NCBI RefSeq assembly: GCF_001194135.2
Contig: NC_068982.1
Span: forward strand, 55,588,098 to 55,652,097
DNA length: 64,000 nucleotides
Origin: Octopus bimaculoides
Taxonomy: Eukaryota
Direction: 5' to 3'
Numbering within the stretch: the stretch's first letter is position 1; every line of letters starts with the position of its first letter. This document shows positions 51,840 through 64,000 of this stretch, in pieces. The notes under the pieces were generated by a model. That model saw only the letters and a program-made list of their open reading frames with translations, was not told the DNA's origin and ran no database searches. Both the position numbers and the translations under genes were made by a program.

Positions 51840-54290
51840 GACCCAAGGTAATGTGGTGTTGGAACAATGTTGCTGACAGGGCCATTAGGGAAAAGAAACA
51901 AGCTTGGAAGGACTGGAAGAACGGTGGTAGCAGGGAATTGTATCAGACTGCCAGAAGGGAAGCTAGAAGACAGGTTTATTTAGCCAGAGGGGAAGCAGAT
52001 AAGAAAGAAAATTGCCAATATTCTGTGCTGTGAGGACCAATGACTTGAGGTATTTCATATGGCAAGACAGTGTGTGAGAGAGAATCGTGATGTCATTGGA
52101 GAGAAATGTATCTGCATGGATGATGGTTCACTTGCACTAAATGAGGCTGCAAAGAGAGAGGTCTGGAGACGCCACTATGAAAGGTTGCTAAATGAAGAGA
52201 ATGAATGGGAGAAAGAGAGTCTGCCAAATGCCAACCCAACAGAGGGACCAGCTATCCGAATTGATAGTACCTTGGTAGATAAAGCAATTAAGGGTATGAA
52301 GACAGGGAAAGCCTCCGGCCCATCAGGAATCACTGCAGAGATGATCAAAATATCTGGCAGTGTCGGCTATAGCCTAGTCACCTGTATAGTTAACCAGGTT
52401 ATACATGAAAGAGTCATACCCAATGACTGGTGTAGCAGCACCGTAGTCAACTGCTACAAATGTAAAAGAGATGCTTTAGATACAAATAATTACAGAGGTA
52501 TGAAGTTGTTGGATCAGGTAATGAAGGTGACGAAGAGGGTCATAGCCCAACTAATTAGGAAGAGAGTCAGTCTAGATGAGATGCAGTTTGTGTTCATGCC
52601 AGGGAAAAGCACCACTGCTGCTATATTTCTGGTAAGACAGCTGCAGGAGAAATACCTAGCCAAAGATAAACCTCTGTACCTGGCTTTTGTTGACATGGAG
52701 AAAGCCTTTGACAGGGTACCCTGATCCCTTATCTCGTGGTCAGAGATAGATGAATGGTTAGTGAGAGAGGGTTGGCAACGAGTACAGTGAAGAATTCCGG
52801 GTAGGGGTAGGATTCCACCAAGGATCAGTTCCCTTGGGAGCTCCTCTATGCTGATGACCTTGCTCTAATTGCTGAGTCACTATCAGAACTGGAGGAAAAG
52901 TTTCAGGTGTGGAAGCAAGAATTAGGATTGAAGGGCCTTAGAGTCAACCTACCTAAAACCAAAGTCTTGAAAATGTGCAGAGAACAGCTTCTGTCACATT
53001 CCAGGGAGAAAAATTACAAGTAGTTGATAGCTTCCCTTACCTAGGGGACCAAGTCAGTAGCCAGGGTGGATGCTCTGAAAGTGTAGCTGCTAGAATAAGA
53101 ATAGCCTGGGCAAAGTTCAGAGAGCTTCTACCTCTACTGGTGACAAAGGGCCTCTCGCTCAGAGTAAAAGATAGACTGNNNNNNNNNNGTTCAGAGAGCT
53201 TCTACCTCTACTGGTGACAAAGGGCCTCTCGCTCAGAGTAAAAGATAGACTGTATGATGCATGTGTTCGAACAGCCATGCTACATGGCAGTGAAACATGG
53301 GCTGTGACTGCTGAGGACGTAAGTAAGCTTGCAAGGAATGAAGCCAGTTTGCTCCACTGGATGTGTAATGTCAGTGTGTATACATGACAGAGTGTAAGCG
53401 CCCTGAAAGAAAAGCAGAATTTAAGAAGCATCAGATGTGGTGTACAAGAGAGACAACTGTGCTGGTATGGTCATGCGTTGCGAATGAATGAGGACAGCTG
53501 TGTAAGTGTCACACCCTAGCAGTTGAGGGAACCTGTGGAAGAGGTAGACCCAGGAAGACCTGGGATGAGGTAGTGAAGCACAACCTTTGAATACTGGGCC
53601 TTACTGAGGCAATGACTAGTGACCGAGATATTTGGAGATATGCTGTGCTTGAGAAGACCTGACAAGCCAAATGAGACCATAACCCATGGCCTATGCGAGT
53701 GGGTGTAACCAGCCCACTTATGAGTACCCCTCATTCATTGGACAATAAACTTTCCTTGCGAAGACCTGTTGAGGCAAGTGAAATCAAAATCAAAATTGCC
53801 GACGTGGCTGATGATAGTACCACCTGATTGGCACTTGTGCCAGTGGAACGTTAAAAGCACCATCTGAGCGTGATCATTGCCAGGGCCGCTGATTGGCTCC
53901 TGTGCCGATGACACATAAAAAGCATCATTCAAACATGATTGTTGCCAGCGTCGCCTTACTGGCACATGTACCAGTGGCATGTGAAAAACAACATTCAAGC
54001 GTGGTCGTTGCCAGTGCCGTCGGACTGGTTCCCATGCAGGTAGCATGTAAAAAACACCTTTTGAGCATGGTCGTTGCCAGAACTGTCTGACTGGCCCTTG
54101 TGCCAGTGGAATGTAAAAGCACCTACTACACTCTCGGAGTGGTTGGCGTTAGGAAGGGCATCCAGCTGTAGAAACTTTGCCAGATCAGACTGGAGCCTGG
54201 TGCAGCTTTCTGGCTTGCCAGTCCTCAGGCAAACCATCCAACCCATGCCAGCATGGAAAGCTGACGTTAAATGACGACAATGATGATGAT
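51840..54290 (+). mobile_element. 5'-truncated RTE LINE (pseudogenised RT, long 3'UTR, (GAT)n tail)
   Basis: ORF 52059-52724 (NYRGMKLLDQVMK...AFVDMEKAFDRVP), LLYADDLALIAES near 52845, and VVDSFPYLGD...RIRIAWAKFRELLPLL. Stops, frameshifts and an internal deletion are present. The 3'UTR equals family A. Confidence 0.92.
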
Positions 54291-54302
54291 GATTATTATT
54301 AT

Positions 54303-54800
54303 TAAGGCGGTGAGCTGGCAGAATTGCTAGTATGCTGGGCAAAATGCTTAGGGACATTTCGTCTGTCTTTATGTTCTGAGTTCAAATCCCGCTGAAGTCG
54401 ACTTTGCCTTTCATCTTTTCAGAGTCGATAAAATAAGTATCAATTAATTACTNNNNNNNNNNNNNNNNNNNNNNNNNNNNNNNNNNNNNNNNNNNNNNNN
54501 NNNNNNNNNNNNNNNGGGGGGATGTAATTGACTTAGCCCCCTCCCCGAAATTTCAGGCTTTGAGCCTACAGTAGAAAGGATCATTATTATTCTTAAGGTA
54601 GTGAACTGGCAGAGTCGTTTAAACGCCGGGCAAAATGCTCAGTCGCATTTCATTCGCCAGCATGATCTGAGTTCAAATTCCACCAAAGTCGACTTTGCTT
54701 TTCATCCCTTTCGGGGTCGATAAAATAAATACTAGTTGAGCACTGGTGTTATGTGATCAGCTTACCCACGAAATTGTTGGCCTTGTGCCAAAATTTGAAA
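54303..54800 (+). mobile_element. Two tandem family C SINEs (gap at 54453-54515 in the first)
   Basis: Each is preceded by an ATT-rich tract and has B-box-like GAGTTCAAAT. Confidence 0.8.
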
Positions 54801-55699
54801 TCATTGTTATTTAAAACTAAAATTTAAGAAGAATGATGTTACATCTTCATTCTTCTTAACTTTTAGTTATTTTCACTTATTTTGCCATCCCCCAAATGGG
54901 GATGAAAAGGCAAAGTCTAGAATACAACACAAAAAATGAAAAATTTATCCTAGTCACATAATGTTAAGTTTAGACTTATTGACAAATTTTACCGTTTTAC
55001 TTCAAACAATTAGCTGAACCCAATAGTCAAACGGAGTTAGTTCCCTTGTGTTTTGTTTTATTTTTATCACAAAGCTTTGAATTTTCTTTACTGTTTAATA
55101 CTCATTTTGCCTTGCTTGCATAAGTGTCGTTTTTTGAAGATGACAGACTACTGTTTAATGGAGATTTGGTTGTTATTTTTCAGCCCCACTGCGTGGCACC
55201 TTGGGCAAGTGTCTTCTACTATAGCCTCGGGCCAACCAAAGCCTTGTGAGTAGATTTGGTAGACGGAACCTGAAAGAAACACGTCGAGTATATATGTATT
55301 AGCAATGACCCATGGACGTTGACCAGCATGGAGACGTCCGATGGTTTGCTCCCTCTGATTTTGTATCAGTCTTGGTATGCTTGCTGCTTTCAGGAAACAA
55401 ATGACAGGCTGGTAAATTTGGGTACCTTTTATACCCAATGAGTCAACGTTTTGACCCTGCATCATGCTTTTCATAAAGATGCATTTGCAAGCATTACCAT
55501 GTTCACCAAAAGTGAGCAAGTTTGAATCCTACATGCAATCCTTGTGTTTTCAAAAGAGTGGTGTTGTGGGTCAGTGATATCTTCCTGATGTCAAACTACC
55601 TAGAAATGTGATAAAATCATATAATCTCAATATTGTGTGTAACGAATATTCTTTTACGGTGCCATGTTGCTTTTTTGGTTCAGTATGTATGTATGTATG

Positions 55700-55980
55700 T
55701 ACGAAGTGCATTCTAGAAGTTTGGGAACTTTTCCATAAGAGACATTTATTAATTTCGAAGAAGTACAACACACTAATCTCCTTCAAAGTAGGACCCTCTG
55801 ATCTCAATGCACATGTTGTAGCTCTCAGTCACCTCGTGAAGGCCCAATGCAAGTCCTCCAAGGTTAAGCTGTCGGCGGCTCTTGTCACAGTTTCTTTCAT
55901 CGTCTCAACGTCTTCAAATCGACTGCTTTTGAGGTTCTTCTTCAGCTTGAGAAACAGCCAAAAGTCACAGGAAGCAATGT
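55700..55980 (-). mobile_element. Mariner 3' fragment
   Basis: IASCDFWLFLKLKKNLKSSRFEDVETMKETVTRAADSLTLEDLHWAF. TA-CGAAGTG terminus at about 55700. Confidence 0.78.
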
Positions 55981-56669
55981 TTTGTCTTGATTGTAGGGAT
56001 ATATATTAATGTAAACAACTGAATAGTGCAGTGGGGAGAGAGCGAGAGAGAGAGAGAGAGAGANNNNNNNNNNNNNNNNNNNNNNNNNNNNNNNNNNNNN
56101 NNNNNNNNNNNNNNNNNNNNNNNNNNNNNNNNNNNNNNNNNNNNNNNNNNNNNNNNNNNNNNNNNNNNNNNNNNNNNNNNNNNNNNNNNNNNNNNNNNNN
56201 NNNNNNNNNNNNNNNNNNNNNNNNNNNNNNNNNNNNNNNNNNNNNNNNNNNNNNNNNNNNNNNNNNNNNNNNNNNNNNNNNNNNNNNNNNNNNNNNNNNN
56301 NNNNNNNNNNNNNNNNNNNNNNNNNNNNNNNNNNNNNNNNNNNNNNNNNNNNNNNNNNNNNNNNNNNNNNNNNNNNNNNNNNNNNNNNNNNNNNNNNNNN
56401 NNNNNNNNNNNNNNNNNNNNNNNNNNNNNNNNNNNNNNNNNNNNNNNNNNNNNNNNNNNNNNNNNNNNNNNNNNNNNNNNNNNNNNNNNNNNNNNNNNNN
56501 NNNNNNNNNNNNNNNNNNNNNNNNNNNNNNNNNNNNNNNNNNNNNNNNNNNNNNNNNNNNNNNNNNNNNATATATATATGGTGCTGTAACGGTTCTGCCA
56601 CCTCGTCACTATATCTATTTCTAACTTAATAAGAACATTCAAATACAAAGAAACAGGAAAGAAGAGAGA

Positions 56670-57130
56670 TCATCATCATCATCATCATTTAACGTCCATT
56701 TTCCATGCTGGCATGGGTTGGATGGTTTGATTGAAAACTTGTAAGCTGGGGAGCTGCACTAGGTTCCAATCTGATTTGGCATGGTTTCTACAGCAGGATG
56801 CCCTTCCTAATGCCAACCAGTCCAAGAGTGTAGTGGGTGCTTTTTAAGTGCCATCGGCATAGGTGCCAGTTATGTAACACCAGCACCGGCCACAACTACG
56901 ATCTCACTAGGCTTGACAAGTCTTATCAAACACGGTATATTGTCAAAGGTCTTGGTCACTTATCACTGCCTCCGTGCGGCCCAAAATTCGAAGGGTGCTT
57001 TTTACGTGCTACCGACATGGGTGCCAGGTATGTAACACTGGCATCAGTCACGACTACGATTTTACTTGACTTGAAGGATCTTCTTACGCACAGCATATCG
57101 CCCAACGTTCGAAAGGCGCTTTTTACGTGC
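56670..57130 (-). mobile_element. Family A SINE copy
   Basis: (CAT)n TTTAACGTCCATTTTCCATGCTGGCATGGG start. Confidence 0.85.
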
Positions 57131-57149
57131 CAGTTACACGACACGAAAA

Positions 57150-57480
57150 GAAAGAAAAGAAAAACAAGGTGTGAGTGGGTAAGATGAAGCGGGAGGAGGC
57201 GATGGGTCACGTACCCTAGAACAAATAGTGAGCTCAGACACGCCCCGCAGTAATGGCCGCGATGGCGTTGCTCTGGTGAATGTTCAGCGGCACTCGCTGC
57301 AGCAGCCACTCCACCTCGCGGGGCTCATTTCTCTGACAGGCTACCGTTTTTCCTATTTTGCCGAGAATATCGATAGTACGGGGGGTCCAAGAATACCTTA
57401 CCCGATGCCTGGACGGCGGCTGGCCAAGCCCCTATATTCATTGATTTTTCTCTCCTCCGCATTATGGAAGTTTGCTGTGA
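57150..57480 (-). mobile_element. 3' end of a CRE-like (restriction-like endonuclease) non-LTR retrotransposon
   Basis: NAEERKINEYRGLAS...GILGP and, after a frameshift, TIDILGKIGKTVACQRNEPREVEWLLQRVPLNIHQSNAIAAITAGRV*. This resembles the CRE-type C-terminus EPRE..FLFQRISLAIQRGNA. A short 3'UTR follows. CpG-rich. Confidence 0.68.
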
Positions 57481-58329
57481 ACTGTTATTATTATAAAGGT
57501 AAACTACTCCTTCTAGAAGATATTAACACCACAATATTAAAACGAGTCTGGTAATGAAATAATGTAAGGGAGACAACTGTCACAATCTTAATTTCTATCC
57601 ATCTTTATTTCTGTTCAATATAAATACCAGTAACCATCAAACATCAGAAATCTATAAATAAGTACTTGATTGATAAGCACTCGTTATTTTAATTTTGTAA
57701 AACATTTTAAGAATATTTGAAACATCTTATAGAATTTAATATAGTTGTACTTTAACGATCGTCTCCAACAACAATGATAAACGGTCTAAGGTGCATGTTT
57801 AAAGCACCAGTCTCTTCGTGTTCTACTGCTTCAACATGGTGTTTTTTGAGGCAGTCCTGCAGCATGGCCGCAGTCTAATGACTGAAACAAGTAAAATATA
57901 AAAGATAAATTACATACACAGATCCACATTTATGTATGAACCAAGCTTGTGGGACGTCAGAGAATGGGGCTCCCTTTTACTCTGAGAAGCCTAAAGCTTG
58001 GAATACAAAATTAACAGGCTTGGTTGTGTGGTAAGAAGCTTGCTTCCCAACCACATAGTTTTGGGTTTCTTCCCACTGTGTGACACGTATATCTGCGCGC
58101 GCGCGCGTGTGTACGTGTACATCTCCTTATCTTCATCATAGGAGTTGGCCAGCTGGATAGCTGTCCAGACCCCAATTGTGTGTTTGGGCATGGATGCCCT
58201 TCTTAATGCCAACCACTTTACAAAGTGTGTTGGGTGCCTTTTATGTACCACTGGCATGGTTGCATCTACATAGCACTGGCTCAAGTGCATTTTATGTGAC
58301 CCCAGCATGAGTGCATTTTACATGACACT

Positions 58330-58970
58330 GGCACCTGCAAAAGATATATCTGTATGTATGGATGGCTGCGATTTTACTTAGCTTGTCATATCTTCTCAAG
58401 TACAGCAAATTTCCACAACTCCTGGGTTCTTGTCATTTCCTCACTGAGGCCCAGCATCTGAAGATCATTTCGTTTCCTGTCTTCCTGGGTCTGACTCTTT
58501 CACAGATACCCTCTACAATTAGAGCTCAGCACTTCTTTACACAGCTGTCCTCATCTGTAGGCATTGCATGACCAAACAAGCACAGTCATCTCTCTTGTGC
58601 ACAACATCTGATGCTTCTTATACCCAGATTTCCTCTTAAATCATTTACACTCTGTTGTATGTGCACACTGATATTACCCATCCAACAGAGCATGCTGGTT
58701 TCATTTCTTTTAAGCCTTTTCAAATCCTCTGTAATCATAAGCCATGTTTCATTGTCATGTAGCATAGCTGTACATACACAGGTGTCATATAATCTGCCTT
58801 TCACTCTGAGAGCAAAGCCCTTAGTTACCAACAAAAGTAGAAGCTCTCTGAACTTTGCTCAACCCATTCTTATTCTAGTAACTACTCTTTCAGGACTTCC
58901 TCCTCCACTGCTAACTTGGTCACCTTGGTAACATAAGCTATCTACGACTTCTAGTGATCCCCCGAGCATT
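58330..58970 (-). mobile_element. RTE LINE 3' fragment
   Basis: ORF 58586-58834 LVTKGFALRVKGRLYDTCVCTAMLHDNETW...RSIRCCAQER. Confidence 0.85.
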
Positions 58971-59643
58971 TGAGGAAGTCTAATGTCTGTGTATCAAAGC
59001 ATTCCAGCTATGACAAATCCATTCTGTTTATTTAGTGCATTTAGGCTACATCAAATCAATGTTCCCTTTTCAAAACAAAACAACAAAAAAAAAAGGTAAA
59101 TTGTAATTTGAAGGAGATTTGGTCGATATTTCTAGCAGATCAAGTAACCTCTTAGTGCTTCACGACAATATCTCAGTTTGAAGATTGGAGAACTGAAGTA
59201 AACAGACAATTATTTCATTTTTTTTTCCATAGAATAACCATCTAGTTAGAAAAATAGCTGCTCATACAAAATGTGAATGTAAAATTCAACAAAAACCATT
59301 TAATCCCTGCTGCTAGAAAGCCACCCAACAACATACAATCCCACCTCAGAACAATGAGGTAGATATGTATTTTTTTCACAGTTTACTTGGCATTTCCTTT
59401 TCACCCTATTACTGTAAAATTAAAATTCTTGGTTATTCCAGTGCTGATGTTAATTAACCGAAAAAACCCCAAAAGAACATGGTATTTTCTGCAAGTGACA
59501 TTACTTCAATAAACTTGAGATATCCCAACAGAAAAGAATTTCAAACATGATATTCCTTCACAAAAACTAAACTGGTGTATAAAACTGCTTTCCACAGCTA
59601 ATGATATTGAAATTTGGAATGGATACATCTAAACACTTAACTT

Positions 59644-59651
59644 TATTATCA

Positions 59652-59706
<55 letters not shown>

Positions 59707-59774
59707 TACTATTATTATTACTATTATTATTATTATTATTATTATTATCATTATTATTATTATTATTATTATTA
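59644..59774. repeat. (ATT)n microsatellite directly 5' of a family C SINE (59775-59960)
   Basis: Direct reading. It produces the poly-N and poly-L pseudo-ORFs. Confidence 0.95.
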
Positions 59775-60714
59775 AGGTGGTGAGCAGGTAGAATTGTTAG
59801 CACACCAAATGAAACGCTTAGCGGTATTTTGTCTGTCTTCATGCTGCTGGGGTCGACTTTGTTCATCCATTCAGGGTTGATAAATTAAGTACCAGTTACA
59901 CACTGGGTCAATGTAATTGACACATTCCTTCCTCCAAAATTTCAGGCCTTGCATTTATGGATTATTATGTCTGGAATGGATTATTATGCCTGGAAAGGAC
60001 CTTTATATGTACCTCATATAACTAATTTTTTTTTAAACATCCAAGGGAAATAACCCATACCACCTGCACAGTATTTTTTTTAAACACTCAAGGGAAATAA
60101 CCCATTTCATTGTTTATGTTTGATTAATTTTGAATATTGATTTTTGTGTGTCCGATTTCTAATTTTTGCAGACAATATCACTTTTTTACTTTTTTGACAC
60201 GTGAGTAGAACATGCGAGTCTGGAAACCTCGTGACATACTTATATCGTTGAAAAAAAATCGATAATATGGCCCATCCAATGGATCCTCCTATCTACTACA
60301 TATTACTAATATTTTATTTAAACAACCCAAGGTAAATAACCCATACCACTTGCAGTTTTTAGCAAAGTGATCAATATTTGATTCTCATGATCAGCTGACC
60401 TAATTCTGCATTTCACTACTCACATTTTTGAACTGCTAAACATTACTAATAAAGCAGTGAGCTGGGAGAATTATTAGCATGCCAGGCAAAATGCTTAGTA
60501 GAGTTTCTTCTGTTTGTTTATATACAATTGTATTGTATAATGTGTAGTATGCACATTAATGCAGACATGTAAATATAATTTATTATACACTGAAATTATT
60601 AATACATAAAGAAGGCTGTGAAATGGGTGTAATCCTAAGGATATTAAATAGTTAAATAAATATATTCACCTCTCATATCTCCTAACCTTTATGGTTTATA
60701 CACACACACACACT

Positions 60715-61370
60715 TCATCATCATCATCATCGTCGTCATTGTCATCATCATCATCATTGTCATCATCATTATCATCATTATTGTCATCATTTAACATCTG
60801 TTGTCCATGCTGACATGGGTTAGACGGTTTGATCAGAGCTGTTGAGCTGAGGGGGATGCACCAGACTCCAGTCTGATTTGGCAAGGTTTCTATGGCTGGA
60901 TGCCCTTCCTAATGTCAACCACTCCAAGAGTGTAATGGGTGCATTTATGTGCTACTGGCATGGGTGCCAGTTGCGTAACACCAGTATCTGCCACGACTAT
61001 GATTTCACTTGGTTTGATGGGGCTTCTACTCAAGCACAGCATATAGCCAAAGGTCTCAGTCATTTGTCATTGCCTCCATGAGGCCCAACGCTCAAAAGAT
61101 GCTACATGTGTGCCACCAGCATAGGTGCTAGTTATGTAACACTAGCATCAGCCACATTGTCTTCGTGAGGCCCAATGCTCAAAAGATGCTTTTTATGTGC
61201 TACCGGCATGAGTGCCAATTGTGTGATGCTACCATCGGCCACAACTACGATTTCACTTGGTTTGATGGGTCTTCTTAAATGAGCCATATCGCCAAAGGTC
61301 TTGGTCACTAGTCATTGCCTCCATGAGGCCCAACATTCAAAGATCATGCTTCATCACCTCATCCCATGTC
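60715..61370 (-). mobile_element. Family A SINE / RTE 3'UTR copy with internal duplication and long (CAT)n tail
   Basis: GAGGCCCAA(C/T)GCTCAAAAGATGCT occurs twice. Confidence 0.82.
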
Positions 61371-61373
61371 TTC

Positions 61374-61423
<50 letters not shown>

Positions 61424-61734
61424 ATGTGTGTGCATGTCTTTGTCTTTAGGTTTGTCTCCCACCATTGCCTGACAACTGATGTCTGTTTCTTCATGTCCCT
61501 ATAACTTAGCAGTTTGGTGAAAGATACTGACAGAATAAGTGTCAGGCTTAAAAATAAGTCAATTTTTTTTGACTGAATCCTTCAACGTAGTGCCCCAGTA
61601 TGGCTGTAATCCAACGACTGAAATACGTAAAAGATAAAAGAAAAAGACAAAAGTCAAATAGATATTCTGAAGAAACTAATTTATTTTTCAATTTTTCAAA
61701 TTTGTTTAGATGATGAGTAGAATGATTTCAATCT

Positions 61735-61970
61735 AGGCGGTGAGCCGGCAGAAACGTTAGCACGCTGGGAGAAATGCTTAGCGGTATTTCGTCTACCACT
61801 ACATTCTGAGTTCAAATTCCGCAGAGGTTGACTTTGCCTTTCATCCTTTCGGGGTCGATTAAATAAGTACCAGTTATGCACTGGGGTCGATATAATCGAC
61901 TTAATCTACTTGTCTGTCCTTGTTTGTCCCCTCTGTATGTAGCCTCTTGTAGGCAGTAAAGAAATAAAAA
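61735..61970 (+). mobile_element. Family C SINE, young
   Basis: GGCGGTGAGCCGGCAGAAACGTTAGC...GAGTTCAAATTCC with CpGs retained. Confidence 0.85.
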
Positions 61971-62979
61971 ATAAGAATGGTTTTAATCTGTTGGATCAGA
62001 TACATGAAACAACTATTTGAAAAGACAGTGGAATGACTATATAAAATACAGAGTATTTCTGACAACAAAACACAACATAGAGACATATCTTCAGGGGTAA
62101 ACAAGGCAGGTAAATGAGTTAAATGGAATCTATTTTGAGATGACATTACTGTGCAGCCTTTAACAGATGAAACTTAACAGATGAAAAATGAGAAGGTCAA
62201 AGAACTCTGTAATTGGGTAACAGAAATGCTAAAAATAACATTCCAGGTAGAGGTAGCGTTGGTTATATTTCTAACTAATTAGGTTGCATGAACCGACTGA
62301 TGGCAACTATGTTCACAACTTCAGATGAATCAGCATATTATCAAACTAATGATTCATTGTGAGTTTTCCACACAGTTGCTTAATTTTCATTAGGCATAAC
62401 TGTGTGATAAGAAGCTTGCTTCCCAACTATATGGTTCTGGTGGTCTGGGCACTGGAGGTGGTGGAGACTTATTTCCCCACTAGCAATATAAACAAGAATA
62501 CATTTTACACCAGAAGCCAATATGAGAGTTTTCCACATTTTTTTTTCACTACCACAGTATAGTTTGTTCTAACAGAATATCCACATTTAAGTAGGAATAA
62601 AAAATTTGATATTTAATCAAAAGAATTGCCTATAAGCAACTATTAAGTCAGGGATGATGCCATGAAAAAAAAGAGGTTTGAAGAGAAAGTGACTCAAGTG
62701 CACACAGCCAATGAGCTGCAAGTACAGCAAAATATTGATACCCATCATTCTCATTCACCTTTGGGGTGAGTTGTTTCACTTGGTTTAAAGTATCCAATGT
62801 TTTTTAACACTCAGCATCTTAAAGGGACTTTTTCCTCTGATGCTATCTTGCAGCAAGTGAGTGCATAAACAAAAAACTTATACAGTAAGAATGTGACATT
62901 GATGTTTACAGTATCAGAACTGCTTAAAATGTGACCTCGATAATGTTTATATTATTAGAGCTGCTTTAAATAATTTTAA

Positions 62980-63194
62980 CTCTTTAGCATATCTGGCCAT
63001 ATCTTGCCAAAATATCCAACTTATTTTATGTTCAAACTGGTCAGATCTGGTTTCTCACAGCCCTAAAATATCATTCTAAAAAATTAATAGCTACCTCATC
63101 AAAATCTAAAAGCTACAAGATAAGGCTTGATTAATTCAAAACAATGTGAGTAAATAAACATTACTTTTGACAAAATAATGTGATTTGTAAAGAG
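62980..63194 (+). mobile_element. piggyBac-type MITE family 1
   Basis: TTAA|CTCTTTAG...TAAAGAG|TTAA, with body matching 21203-21405. Confidence 0.8.
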
Positions 63195-63619
63195 TTAAAA
63201 GGAAAGTAATTTTGTAGGTTATGTAATGAGAGATTACAGCTCTGGTACAGTGGATATGTGGTTAGAATATTAGAGGAAAAGAATTAAAGCAAATTCTTCA
63301 AGCTGAGCCAATTGGCAAGAGACCAAAGAGTAGACCACAAGCAAGATGGTTGGATAATACTCATAGCCTCGGTTAATCAGAACTTTAACCAAACATATTC
63401 CAATCAAATGTATCTTCTGTTTTCCTATGTATAGAGTATTGACACCTGTTCCCTCTCTCTTTCTTTCTTTCCCTCTCTCTCTCTCTGGATGAGTAACCAT
63501 GTAACTCCTCTACAGCAAGACATCTGTTTCTGTCACTGTGTCTCTCTGTCACACTCTAACTGTTCATCATCTGAGACAAGATCACTTCCTCCAATGCCCC
63601 CTCTCCTCTCAAAGATTCC

Positions 63620-63935
63620 TTGTTTGCAAAGTTACTTGGTGACCCTGCCAGTGCTGGTGCTGCTTAAAAAGCATCTGGTCCACACTGTAAAGTGGTTGGC
63701 ATTTGGAAGGGCATCCAGCTCTAAAAACCATGTCGAAACTCACCTTGCCTGTACTGGTGCCATGTAGAAAGCACTCAGTCCACTCTGCAGGGTGGTTGGT
63801 GTTAGGAAGGGCATCCAGCTGTAAAGCCATGCCAAAACAAACACAGAAGTATGATACAGTCTTCTGCCCGGCCAGGTCCTGTCAAACCACCCAACCCATG
63901 CCAGCATGGAAGGAAGGTATTAAATGATGATGATG
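63620..63935 (+). mobile_element. Family A SINE copy
   Basis: Ends CCAACCCATGCCAGCATGGAAG...TTAAAT(GAT)n. Confidence 0.8.
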
Positions 63936-64000
63936 ATAATGCTGAAGTCTTTATTTTCTGGGACTTTATTGTGATTTGAAGGTGACTTGGCTACTAATTC

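Noticed and set aside
52059-52724. Active reverse transcriptase gene
   Set aside because: It is flanked by a frameshift and stops, has a deletion before YADD and lacks the endonuclease domain.
52845-52860. CTGATGA motif
   Set aside because: It is the coding sequence of the RT YADD motif.
59567-59866. Poly-Asn and poly-Leu proteins
   Set aside because: They are translations of an (ATT)n microsatellite.

Overview
AT-rich, repeat-dense eukaryotic DNA from a draft assembly with seven N gaps. The SINE/LINE families and the microsatellite load point to an octopus; this is recognition from memory, not a search. Only one host coding exon is clearly supported: the 148-nt exon 2 of a minus-strand UBE2S (518-665). 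Its ATG-only exon 1 most plausibly lies at about 30,660, giving an intron 1 of about 30 kb. The rest is a fossil record of transposons: RTE, R4-type, CRE-type and CR1/L2 LINEs; piggyBac, hAT, Tigger, mariner and Helitron-like DNA elements; and several tRNA-headed SINEs. No intact autonomous element, true tRNA, rRNA or CRISPR array was found. The most interesting items are: (1) foldback elements in UBE2S intron 1 carrying minimal hammerhead-ribozyme motifs (Penelope-like); (2) a young inverted repeat pair bracketing exon 2; (3) a 590-bp CpG-rich minisatellite dense in STAT, Rel and ETS-like motifs, followed by a strong splice donor; (4) an internal RTE fragment apparently copied into a piggyBac MITE. 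All alignments and counts were made by eye, and most TE boundaries are approximate.
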